A DNA stretch of 64,000 bases, taken from assembly GCA_002296185.1 (NCBI GenBank), contig DBHM01000006.1, forward strand, positions 1,091-65,090. Direction: 5' to 3'. The notes under the pieces are model-generated. The model ran no database searches. It was not told the DNA's origin and saw nothing but the letters and a program-made list of their open reading frames with translations. The stretch comes from Alphaproteobacteria bacterium UBA828 (GTDB taxonomy: Bacteria > Pseudomonadota > Alphaproteobacteria > UBA828). The position numbers were made by a program, and so were the translations under genes. Each line of letters opens with the position of its first letter. Position 1 is the stretch's first letter. Below are positions 54,948-63,825 of the stretch, one piece after another.

Positions 54948-56387
54948 GTGGTAGGAATAAAAAAATTCGGGGCATACCTTCCTCAACGCCGACTGATTCG
55001 ATCATCAATAGCATCAGCTAATGCTTGGTTTGAGCCCTCATTATCTAGCTTATCTAGGGGTGAAAGAACAATGAGTAGCTGGGATGAGGACTCAATCACG
55101 ATGGCCGTAGAGGCAGCGAGAGATATGGGCAACTTAGAATCAATCACACAGATTATACTTGCATCTACCACTCACCCATTTTCCATTCGACAAAATTCTG
55201 TAATTGCTGCTGAGGCATTAAATCTAAAAACTAGCGTTAGATCAGCTGATGTTGGCGGATCATTAAGGTCATCAACATCAGCAATACTTAGTGGGCTAGA
55301 TAGCTCTAGAGCTAACTCCGAAGATACCTTAATTTTAACATCAGACAAACGTGTCGCTTTAGCGGGAAGCCCCACAGAAATGCTTTCAGGTGATGGAGCG
55401 GCGGGGTTTGTTGTTGGAAAAAATAACGTTATTGCCTCATACCTTGGTAGCTCCTCTTTATCCGCTGATTTTGTCGATCAGTTTCGTGCAAGTAATGAAC
55501 GTTATGACTATCTTTGGGAGGATCGATGGGTACGTGAAGAAGGATGGTTAAAACTCATTCCCCCAACCATCTCAAAGGCCTTAGAAAAGTCTGATGTCGA
55601 CCCATCGAAAGTTGATCATCTGATAATACCCAGCCAATTCCCTAGAGTAGCTGAGAAAATAGCTAAGATATGTGGCATCGAAGAAAAAGCACTTTGTGAG
55701 ACTCTTATGAATGAAGTGGGACAATGCGGAACTGCACACCCAGCTATTCTTTTGAGTCTAGTCCTCTCATCAGCAAAGCCAAATCAAATTATAGTAGCTA
55801 TAGGATTTGGGCAAGGTTGTGATGTCTTAGTGTTTAAGACTACAAATGAGATAAATAACTACAAACCATTAACAGGAGTAGAGGGTTGGCTAGCCAACAG
55901 AGTAGAGGAAACTAATTATGATAAATTTCTAACCTTTAATAATCTGATTCAAAGAGACCTTGGCAAAAGAGCAGAATTAGACAGGCCCCCTGCTTTGACT
56001 GCACAGTTCAGAAATAGAGAGGGGGTTACCGGTTTCCGTGGGGGAAGATGTAAAAAGTGCGAGACGATTCAGTATCCAAAATCTATATACTGCGTTAATC
56101 CAGAATGCAGAGCAAAAGATAGCCAAGGAGACTATCCTTTCTCAGAACTAAAAGGATATGTAAAAACTTTTACTGCTGACCATCTTGTATTTTCTATAGA
56201 CCCCCCTTCTTATTTTGGTTTAGTAGAATTTATCGGTGGTGGAAGAATGATGGTTGAATTTGCTGATGTTAATAATTCTGATTTTGATGTAGGTAAAGCT
56301 GTGAAAATGAGATTTAGAATTAAACATTTAGATGATAGACGAAATACACGGCAATATTTTTGGAAAGCCTGCCCAGTAAAAGAATAG
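54948..56387 (+). CDS. fusion protein: HMG-CoA-synthase/KAS-III-like thiolase-fold domain lacking the nucleophile Cys, plus C-terminal DUF35 zinc-ribbon/OB-fold domain
   Basis: 479 aa with a GTG start and a GGAG Shine-Dalgarno. The N-terminus (VGIKKFGAYLPQRRL...SWDEDSITMAVEAAR...ILASTTHPFSIRQNS...DVGGSLRSSTSAI) is collinear with archaeal-type HMGCS as I recall it. There is no Cys in residues 1-241. The C-terminus has CKKCETIQYPKSIYCVNPEC plus an OB-fold-like tail typical of DUF35. Confidence 0.65.
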   Translation: MVGIKKFGAYLPQRRLIRSSIASANAWFEPSLSSLSRGERTMSSWDEDSITMAVEAARDMGNLESITQIILASTTHPFSIRQNSVIAAEALNLKTSVRSADVGGSLRSSTSAILSGLDSSRANSEDTLILTSDKRVALAGSPTEMLSGDGAAGFVVGKNNVIASYLGSSSLSADFVDQFRASNERYDYLWEDRWVREEGWLKLIPPTISKALEKSDVDPSKVDHLIIPSQFPRVAEKIAKICGIEEKALCETLMNEVGQCGTAHPAILLSLVLSSAKPNQIIVAIGFGQGCDVLVFKTTNEINNYKPLTGVEGWLANRVEETNYDKFLTFNNLIQRDLGKRAELDRPPALTAQFRNREGVTGFRGGRCKKCETIQYPKSIYCVNPECRAKDSQGDYPFSELKGYVKTFTADHLVFSIDPPSYFGLVEFIGGGRMMVEFADVNNSDFDVGKAVKMRFRIKHLDDRRNTRQYFWKACPVKE

Positions 56388-56406
56388 ACAACTAGAGGTA
56401 AAAGAT

Positions 56407-57609
56407 ATGCCTGAAGGTATAAGAGATAAAGTTGCGATTATAGGAATGGGTTGCTCCAAATTTGGAGAACACTGGGACTTAGAACCATCAGATTTGATGT
56501 CAGAGGCCTTTGAGGAATGTCTTTTAGATAGTGGAATTGAGCGGTCCCAGATTGATGCTGCATGGCTCAGTACGGCTTTTGATGCTGTAAATGTTGGACC
56601 AAGCGCAATACCATTAGCAACGTCTCTTAGACTAGGTTATATTCCAGTTACACACGTAGAAAATATGTGCGCAAGTGGCACTGAGGCCTTTCGCGGAGCC
56701 TGCTATGCCGTAGCATCTGGAGCAGCAGAGTTTGCACTAGCTCTTGGAGTTGAAAAACTGAAAGATACTGGCTACGGAGGACTACCAGCCCGTACTCGAG
56801 GAGTAACAAACGACCTATTCTCGCCAACAGTTTCAGCACCGGGAGCTTTCGCTCAATTAGCATCGGGTTATCGCGGAACTCATAACGTAAGTCAATCAGA
56901 CTTAAAGCGCGCCATGGCACACGTTTCCGTTAAAAGTCATGCGAATGGTACGCTTAATTCTAAAGCTCATCTAAGACGAGAAATTACTATTGAACAAGCA
57001 TTAAAAGCACCAATGGTGGCTGACCCTATAGGACTTTTTGATTGCTGTGGAGTAAGTGATGGCGCAGCATGCGCAATTGTTACAACTCCAGAGATAGCAA
57101 TGCAATTAGGTAAATCTAATGTAATTTCAGTAAAAGCCTTACAACTCAGCGTATCTAATGGCGAAGAGTCGGGATTTAGTTCATGGGATGCCTCAAATTT
57201 TAAAACCACTCAAATTGCTGCTAATCGGGCTTATAAAGAAGCTAAGATAACAGATCCCATTTCAGAAATAAGTATGACAGAGGTACACGATTGTTTTTCA
57301 ATAACTGAATTAGTAACTATGGAGGACCTGGGACTAGCAAAAAAAGGTGAGGCATGGAAATCTATTCTTGACGGTGACTTTGATTCTTCAGGCCACACTC
57401 CCTGTCAAATTGATGGAGGATTAAAATGTTTTGGCCATCCAATTGGCGCCTCTGGTCTTCGAATGCTCTATGAAATATATCTCCAATTCAATAATCGTGC
57501 GGAAAAAAGACAGCTTAAAAACGTTAATTACGGGCTAACCCATAACCTTGGCGGACATCCAATTCAAAATGTTTGCAGCGTGGCAATTGTTGGATATTTC
57601 GACGGGTAA
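56407..57609 (+). CDS. SCPx-type (nonspecific lipid-transfer-protein-like) thiolase
   Basis: 400 aa with the catalytic Cys motif NMCASGTEAF, the His motif EVHDCFS and the C-terminal GGLKCFGHPIGASG. Confidence 0.8.
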   Translation: MPEGIRDKVAIIGMGCSKFGEHWDLEPSDLMSEAFEECLLDSGIERSQIDAAWLSTAFDAVNVGPSAIPLATSLRLGYIPVTHVENMCASGTEAFRGACYAVASGAAEFALALGVEKLKDTGYGGLPARTRGVTNDLFSPTVSAPGAFAQLASGYRGTHNVSQSDLKRAMAHVSVKSHANGTLNSKAHLRREITIEQALKAPMVADPIGLFDCCGVSDGAACAIVTTPEIAMQLGKSNVISVKALQLSVSNGEESGFSSWDASNFKTTQIAANRAYKEAKITDPISEISMTEVHDCFSITELVTMEDLGLAKKGEAWKSILDGDFDSSGHTPCQIDGGLKCFGHPIGASGLRMLYEIYLQFNNRAEKRQLKNVNYGLTHNLGGHPIQNVCSVAIVGYFDG

Positions 57610-57663
57610 TTTTTATATTTAACAGAAACTTGTTTAAAAAAATATTTTGGAAAGCCTAATTGA

Positions 57664-58503
57664 ATGGATTATAATGCATTAATAAATTTCAAAATTCCCC
57701 AAAAAAGGCAGAAAATAAATCCCTTAAATGCCGTTCAATACGCACTATCGATTGGATTAGGTCAAGACCCGATAGACACGTGGGAACTTCAATTTGTCGA
57801 TGAGGGCAATGGGCCAGAAATGATCCCGTCATACTGCACAGTACTTGGCCACCCAGGGTTCTGGCTATCCGACCCTAAGACTACTGTAGATTCTCAAAAA
57901 GTAGTCCATGTAGATCAAAAAATTAATATTAAAGGCTCTATACCAAAGTCTGGAATAGTCGTAGGTAAAACAAGAATAATTGAATTAGTTGATAAGGGCC
58001 TAGATAAAGGTGCACTCCTCTACTTGGAGAAGATTCTATCCAACGAGGATACTGGAGAAATAATTGCCATAGAAAACCGAACTCTCATGTTACGTGGCGA
58101 CGGAGGATATAATGGACCGAGCGGAAAAGCTAAGACAGTTGATAAATTCCCAACAGATAATCCAGATCATGTTATAGAAATTAACACCCGGCCAGAGCAG
58201 GCTCTAATCTATAGACTTAATGGTGACCCAAATCGCTTACATATTGATCCGGCGCATGCAAAAAAGGCCGGGTTTGAGAAACCAATCTTACACGGTCTAT
58301 GCACTTTTGGGATTGTCTGCCAAATACTACTGCGCACCTTACACAAAAATAATCATAGAAATTTTAGAGATATGTCAGCAAGATTTTCAAAGCCTGTATT
58401 CCCTGGAGAGCTAATAGAAATTAGTATATGGGAAAATGGTCACTTTAATGCAAAAGTAAAAGAACGTGATGTAATTGTATTAAGTAATGGTTTTATATCT
58501 TAG
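57664..58503 (+). CDS. MaoC-like (R)-specific enoyl-CoA hydratase 2, double hot-dog
   Basis: 279 aa with a hydratase-2 motif region (YRLNGDPNRLHIDPAHAKKAGF). The length fits an N-terminal non-catalytic plus a C-terminal catalytic hot-dog. Confidence 0.75.
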   Translation: MDYNALINFKIPQKRQKINPLNAVQYALSIGLGQDPIDTWELQFVDEGNGPEMIPSYCTVLGHPGFWLSDPKTTVDSQKVVHVDQKINIKGSIPKSGIVVGKTRIIELVDKGLDKGALLYLEKILSNEDTGEIIAIENRTLMLRGDGGYNGPSGKAKTVDKFPTDNPDHVIEINTRPEQALIYRLNGDPNRLHIDPAHAKKAGFEKPILHGLCTFGIVCQILLRTLHKNNHRNFRDMSARFSKPVFPGELIEISIWENGHFNAKVKERDVIVLSNGFIS

Positions 58504-58533
58504 ATCAATTTCAAGATAAAATAGGAGGATAGG

Positions 58534-59439
58534 GTGAACAACGGTAAAGTAGCAATTGTTTCAGGTGCAGGTGGTGGTATCGGAAGGGAGATTGCTCTAG
58601 AATTGGCTAGAACAAATGCTTCAGTAGTTATAAATGATATTGGCGTATCAGTTACAGGAGAAGGTGGCTCATCCAATCCCGCTGAAGAAACAAAAGCCCT
58701 ATTAGATGAATTGCGTGTCAAATCTGTCGTAGATACTAATTCCGTAGATACTTGGGAAGGCGCTCAATCAATCGTAGAAACCGCACTCAAAACATTTGGA
58801 CGAATTGATATCATAGTTAACAATGCTGGTATTTTAAGAGATACAATTTTTCACAAGATGACTCCTGAACAATGGCTATCAGTTATAAATGTACATCTAA
58901 ATGGAAGTTTTTTTCTAAGTAGGTCTGCAGCAGAGCACTTTAGAAATCAACAATCAGGCTCCTACGTACACATGACAAGTACGTCAGGCCTAATAGGAAA
59001 TTTTGGGCAGGCGAACTACTCAGCTGCAAAACTTGGTATCTGTGCACTTTCAAAATCTATAGCCCTTGATATGAAAAGATTTAATGTCCACTCAAATTGT
59101 ATAGCACCTTTTGCATGGAGCCGAATGACAAACGAAATACCAGCTGACAGTGAAGAACAAAAACTAAGAGTTGAGAAACTTAAGAAAATGACTCCATCCA
59201 AAAACGCACCCCTTGCAGCCTTCTTAGCATCAGATAATGCCAAAAAAATAACTGGTCAAATTTTTGGCGTAAGAAATAATGAAATCTTTCTATTCAACGC
59301 CAATAGGCCTATAAGGAGCGTACAACGTAATGAAGGATGGGATTTGGAATCTATAGAGGAACATGCAATTCCTTCTCTTAAAGGCAACTTTGTTCCATTG
59401 GATCGATCAGGGGACATATTCAGCTGGGATCCAATATAG
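58534..59439 (+). CDS. SDR, MFE-2-type (3R)-hydroxyacyl-CoA dehydrogenase-like
   Basis: 301 aa with a GTG start and VAIVSGAGGGIGREIA. The block FGRIDIIVNNAGILRDTIF...TSTSGLIGNFGQANYSAAKLG is nearly collinear with the HSD17B4 dehydrogenase domain as I recall it. Confidence 0.85.
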   Translation: MNNGKVAIVSGAGGGIGREIALELARTNASVVINDIGVSVTGEGGSSNPAEETKALLDELRVKSVVDTNSVDTWEGAQSIVETALKTFGRIDIIVNNAGILRDTIFHKMTPEQWLSVINVHLNGSFFLSRSAAEHFRNQQSGSYVHMTSTSGLIGNFGQANYSAAKLGICALSKSIALDMKRFNVHSNCIAPFAWSRMTNEIPADSEEQKLRVEKLKKMTPSKNAPLAAFLASDNAKKITGQIFGVRNNEIFLFNANRPIRSVQRNEGWDLESIEEHAIPSLKGNFVPLDRSGDIFSWDPI

Positions 59440-59478
59440 TTGGAAAGCAAATAGCAGTAGCGCCGCTCAATACATGAG

Positions 59479-59778
59479 CTATTCAATCAACTCTACCATT
59501 AACCCCTTCTCCCATTTACCTTTGATTACACTACCGTCAAATTTTATCTCAATGCCAAGACCATCTTTTTTCCCATCTAAAAACTCTCCATAATAAGTAC
59601 CGGCTAGTCCTGCTCGCAAAACCCCAAAGCATTTAGTCCATTTAGTATGGTCTCCACCCATACATCTTGTGACTTCAGAGCTTTCTACTTGAGCTGCAGA
59701 TAGTATAAGAAAAGCTCCAAGAACTAATAAAATATACCTTGAAACCATCTGCCATGAAACTGGTAAGCTTTTTATCAT
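59479..59778 (-). CDS. secreted MORN-repeat protein
   Basis: 99 aa with an N-terminal signal-like helix and MORN-type units (YYGEFLDGKKDGLGIEIKFDGSVIKGKWEKG). Confidence 0.55.
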   Translation of the reverse strand: MIKSLPVSWQMVSRYILLVLGAFLILSAAQVESSEVTRCMGGDHTKWTKCFGVLRAGLAGTYYGEFLDGKKDGLGIEIKFDGSVIKGKWEKGLMVELIE

Positions 59779-59832
59779 ATTTCCTTACTACCCTTCATTT
59801 ATAAACCCAACTAAGATCTAATACCCAAAGAA

Positions 59833-60453
59833 TTAATATTCAACCGGCTCAGGATCTAAAAATCTCCAAAGATACCAGGTGGCAACAGATCGCCATGGCC
59901 TCCATTTATCTGCGATTAATAAAATATCATTATCATCCAAAATATTTTTTTTGGAGTAAAGTTCGGTTATGGCTCGGCGCAACCCCAAATCACTCATTGG
60001 TAAAATATCAGGCCGAGCTAAATAAAAAATTAAGAACATCTCCGCTGTCCACCTACCAATACCTCGATATAACGTTAATTCCTTTATAATGGATTCATCA
60101 TCTTGATTATCCCAAATTTCTGGTTTTATTTTCCCGCTTTCAAATGATTCAGCCAACATATAAATATAAGTACTTTTCTGCCTTGTAATACCACATTCCC
60201 TTAATATATCTCGACCAGCTTGTAATACCAAACTAGGCGTCACCTCATGCAAGCGCCCCTCAAGACGCGACCAAATTGCAGATGCTGATCTCACAGAAAT
60301 TTGTTGTCCAACAATTGATCTCACTAAGGTGAAGAAAGGGTCCCCTCTTGAAACCAAAAAAACATCCGGATTATCAAAAATAATTTTAGAAAGAATACAG
60401 TCCGAATTACTTAGATCAATGATTGCACTCTTCCAATAATCTGGTTCGCTCAT
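59833..60453 (-). CDS. HhH-GPD DNA glycosylase (DNA-3-methyladenine glycosylase II-like)
   Basis: 206 aa with a helix-hairpin-helix (LYRGIGRWTAEMFLIF) followed by a catalytic-Asp region (LPMSDLGLRRAI). Confidence 0.8.
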   Translation of the reverse strand: MSEPDYWKSAIIDLSNSDCILSKIIFDNPDVFLVSRGDPFFTLVRSIVGQQISVRSASAIWSRLEGRLHEVTPSLVLQAGRDILRECGITRQKSTYIYMLAESFESGKIKPEIWDNQDDESIIKELTLYRGIGRWTAEMFLIFYLARPDILPMSDLGLRRAITELYSKKNILDDNDILLIADKWRPWRSVATWYLWRFLDPEPVEY

Positions 60454-60496
60454 AGATTAATTACACTTCATTAAAAAATTCATATTACTAATATTT

Positions 60497-61318
60497 TTAT
60501 TTCTTTATTATTTTTTTCTTTGTTTTTTTCTTTGGAACTTTTTTTTGACATTTATTTTGAAAATTTTCTACCTGTGCCTGCGCTGCATTTGCTAATAACT
60601 TAGTATCACTTCCAGCAATAACAAATTGGAAACCCTTACGATAAGTCCATTCTGTTGTTTTACCAGGACGTGTTACAGTGCCTAAAAATTTCCCTGTTTC
60701 TAGCATTCTAGATTCACACTTTGTATAAAGTCGCTTTACGGTCGGGTCCTCAGCCTTAAGTACTTTACCTATACTTGCTGAAATATCGCTTGGCCCCATA
60801 AAAAGCATGTCCACCCCTGGTACAGCGGCAATTTCTGGAATATTGTTGATGGCTTCTTCTGTCTCGATCTGACAAATTACAATTATCTTTTCTTTCAGTT
60901 CAGATAAATACTCATCTAACCTCATACCCCACCTTGAACAACGAGCCGCATGAGGTGCAACACCACGGATTCCATCAGGTGGATAATGACATGCTGCAAC
61001 AGCTGCACGGGCTTCATCAGCATTTTGAACATATGGTACAATTATTCCCATAACGCCAATATCAAGTGCTCTCTTTATATAAACAGAGTCATTCCAAGGT
61101 ACACGCATGATAGGGGTGGGGCCATCTTCACCCAAAGCTTGAAGTATACTTATTGCTCCTTGGAGATGGCCAGGGCCGTGCTCATGGTCAATTACAACAG
61201 CATCATAACCAGCAGTCGCAACAATTTCAGCATTGATTGGATTCCCTGAAGATAGCCAACACCCAATTACTGGATTACCTCTTTTTAACTTCTTTTTGAA
61301 TGTATTATTGAGTGACAT
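60497..61318 (-). CDS. HpcH/HpaI-family aldolase
   Basis: GCWLSSGNPINAEIVATAGYDAVVIDHEHG and MRVPWND are typical of the family. I placed the start at ATG 61318 with an AAGGAA Shine-Dalgarno. It has an unusual Lys-rich C-terminal tail. Confidence 0.8.
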   Translation of the reverse strand: MSLNNTFKKKLKRGNPVIGCWLSSGNPINAEIVATAGYDAVVIDHEHGPGHLQGAISILQALGEDGPTPIMRVPWNDSVYIKRALDIGVMGIIVPYVQNADEARAAVAACHYPPDGIRGVAPHAARCSRWGMRLDEYLSELKEKIIVICQIETEEAINNIPEIAAVPGVDMLFMGPSDISASIGKVLKAEDPTVKRLYTKCESRMLETGKFLGTVTRPGKTTEWTYRKGFQFVIAGSDTKLLANAAQAQVENFQNKCQKKVPKKKTKKKIIKK

Positions 61319-61418
61319 AGTTAAGTTCCTTATCAATTTCATTTAATGTAAAATAAAACGTCTGCTTGTTACTTTCAACTTATGAAGATAGCATCCTAAT
61401 CTGCAAGGAGGAAATACA

Positions 61419-61904
61419 ATGAATTATATTGTCACTCGCAGAGCCAAAACTACCCATCTTACTGACCCAACTTCAGTCTTTTTAATCGACGAAAGCACAG
61501 CTCATCTTGCAACATTAACCGCAAGATTCTTCAGTAAAGCCCTTAATACACGTATGTCTTCGTATGGTGTCTCATCAGGCCAATTACCACTACTACTCCA
61601 CCTTTGGGAAGACAATGGAATATCGCAAAAGGACCTAAGTCGGCGTGTAAATATAGAAGAACCCACCGCAGCTAATACGCTAAATCGCATGGAGCGTGAT
61701 GGACTTATTGAAAGAAAACGGAACCCTTTAGACCGAAGAGAGATTAGAGTGCATTTAACTGAAAAAGGAGAAAGTTTAAAAAATGATATAATTCCTTTTG
61801 CTAAAGAGGTTAATAGCCTTGCAACTCACGGTATGTCACCCGAAGATAAAAAACGACTGAACAGCTTACTTGCATATGTAATCTCAAGACTTGCCTCTAT
61901 TTAA
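61419..61904 (+). CDS. MarR-family transcriptional regulator
   Basis: 161 aa with a winged-helix region (ISQKDLSRRVNIEEPTAANTLNRMERDGLIERKRNPLDRREIRVHLTEKG). It is divergent from the aldolase gene. Confidence 0.85.
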   Translation: MNYIVTRRAKTTHLTDPTSVFLIDESTAHLATLTARFFSKALNTRMSSYGVSSGQLPLLLHLWEDNGISQKDLSRRVNIEEPTAANTLNRMERDGLIERKRNPLDRREIRVHLTEKGESLKNDIIPFAKEVNSLATHGMSPEDKKRLNSLLAYVISRLASI

Positions 61905-61948
61905 TTGTAATAATACTTAACGTTCTTAGTTCAATTATGATCAAAATT

Positions 61949-62950
61949 CTAATTTAGCTCTGGCATACTAAAGATTTGTCCTGGATAAATGAGATTAGGG
62001 TCACGAATTAAATCCCTATTCGCCTCATAGATTATAGTATAATTAATTCCCCCGCCATAAGCACGACGAGCAATACGCCATAAACTATTTCCTGGTTGCA
62101 CGACAACACTAGCGCTGCCAAGAACTACCTCTTCCAGCCTCATCCGAGTTAAGGGTGTCTCTATACGACCGAGCACATCTCCAAATTCATTTACGCGATC
62201 AACACGAAATGTATGTTTTCCTGGCATTATTTTCTTACCTGGCCTCAACTCCCAGAGTCCAGATTCATCAATTCGAACTGTACCCAAATACTTATCGTTA
62301 ACATAAATATTTAGTGCTGAACCCGGCTTGCCCCTACCAGCGATTATCATTTCACCCGCATCATCATAATCAATACTTTCAATTCCAACTTCTGCATTAC
62401 TATTTTTTAAATCTTGTGGGATCTCTTCTAGATTAGAACTAGGGGCCTGAAGAACTCTGCTCGGTTCTTTACTATCACGCGGCGAAAGAACAACCAGACC
62501 CTGATCATTATTATTTTCTAAATATTCAGGTATTGAAATAATTACTTCCTTGTTTGACTCAATTACAACACCATCTTGACGTGTTTCAATTAGTGTCAAA
62601 GTTCTATTTCCAGAAGCCAAAGGTTTAGAAGGAAGTAAAACCCACTCACCACGTGAATCTGCAATCACAGACCCTATTTCGATCCCACCATCAAGAACAG
62701 TTACCTTTGCACCAGCAGTTGCCCTTCCGGCTATAACCGCATCTCCTTTTGGATTGACCCTCACAACATCAAAGGCTGGAAGAGCCTCCCTTTCAATAGA
62801 GAGTGGAATTTCTACTTTACCAGTAGAAGATTGGATCTCGGTCTCAAGATTTCTATCAAGGCTACCTTCAGGAAGAACGACGGCCAAAATAATTGCTGCA
62901 GCTATTGCTAATACCGCTAATGCTATATAGAGAAGAAAATTACGGTTCAC
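61949..62950 (-). CDS. membrane-anchored LysM-domain protein
   Basis: 333 aa with an N-terminal TM helix (LLYIALAVLAIAAAIILAVVL) and a C-terminal LysM (VVQPGNSLWRIARRAYGGGINYTIIYEANRDLIRDPNLIYPGQIFSMP). Confidence 0.75.
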   Translation of the reverse strand: MNRNFLLYIALAVLAIAAAIILAVVLPEGSLDRNLETEIQSSTGKVEIPLSIEREALPAFDVVRVNPKGDAVIAGRATAGAKVTVLDGGIEIGSVIADSRGEWVLLPSKPLASGNRTLTLIETRQDGVVIESNKEVIISIPEYLENNNDQGLVVLSPRDSKEPSRVLQAPSSNLEEIPQDLKNSNAEVGIESIDYDDAGEMIIAGRGKPGSALNIYVNDKYLGTVRIDESGLWELRPGKKIMPGKHTFRVDRVNEFGDVLGRIETPLTRMRLEEVVLGSASVVVQPGNSLWRIARRAYGGGINYTIIYEANRDLIRDPNLIYPGQIFSMPELN

Positions 62951-63145
62951 TTATAATACCCCAGAATGAGTTACTTGTAGTAGAATACACCAGACAAGAC
63001 CATACGAACAGAAAATCACACAAAATAAAAACCTTAACTTTTGTTATAACCGCAATAGATTTAGAGTTCTTAATGATAATTTAACAAATTAATAATTATA
63101 AATTCTTAGTAAAATTGCCTAATAACAGTATTTAGGGGAATAAGC

Positions 63146-63691
63146 ATGGTTGCTGTTAGTAGTTTATGCGTTTTTTGCGGATCACTAAATGGATCCAATC
63201 AGAATTATCACAAACTTACCCAAAAAGTAGGAAAAATGGCAGCACATAATGATATGAGAATAATCTATGGTGGAGCTAACATAGGGTTAATGAAAATTTT
63301 AGCTGATTCTTGTTTAAAAAATGGTGGTAATGTAATGGGAATCATACCAAAGGCTCTATACGAAAAAGAATTGGCACATAAACAGCTCCATACCCTAAAA
63401 GTCACAGAATCAATGCAACAACGAAAAGCATTGATGTTTAAAGAGGCCGAAGCTTTCCTCATTCTTCCTGGTGGCTTTGGCACTCTTGATGAACTTTTTG
63501 AAATAGCAACATATCGACATATAGGACTTCATAACAAACCGATTTATCTACTCAATTGTGAGAATTATTGGAAACCACTAATATTATTACTAAATCATGT
63601 AAAACTATCCGGGTTTTTTGACAACGATATAGCAGATCTAATAACTGTAGTAGATGGTGTTGATGAACTTTTCTCTCTATTAAAGCATTAA
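63146..63691 (+). CDS. LOG-family protein (TIGR00730; nucleotide 5'-monophosphate nucleosidase / cytokinin riboside phosphoribohydrolase-like)
   Basis: 181 aa with the PGGFGTLDELFE motif and GGANIGLMK. Confidence 0.85.
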   Translation: MVAVSSLCVFCGSLNGSNQNYHKLTQKVGKMAAHNDMRIIYGGANIGLMKILADSCLKNGGNVMGIIPKALYEKELAHKQLHTLKVTESMQQRKALMFKEAEAFLILPGGFGTLDELFEIATYRHIGLHNKPIYLLNCENYWKPLILLLNHVKLSGFFDNDIADLITVVDGVDELFSLLKH

Positions 63692-63825
63692 AATTAATGT
63701 ATATTTCTATATCATTAGCGGATCATTAGATACGATAACGTTAATTGACCAGCTGCAAACTGATGCTATTCTCATAAGGTATATTGGTTTAATGACAGAA
63801 ACACCAAATTTCCGAGGGTAAATTT

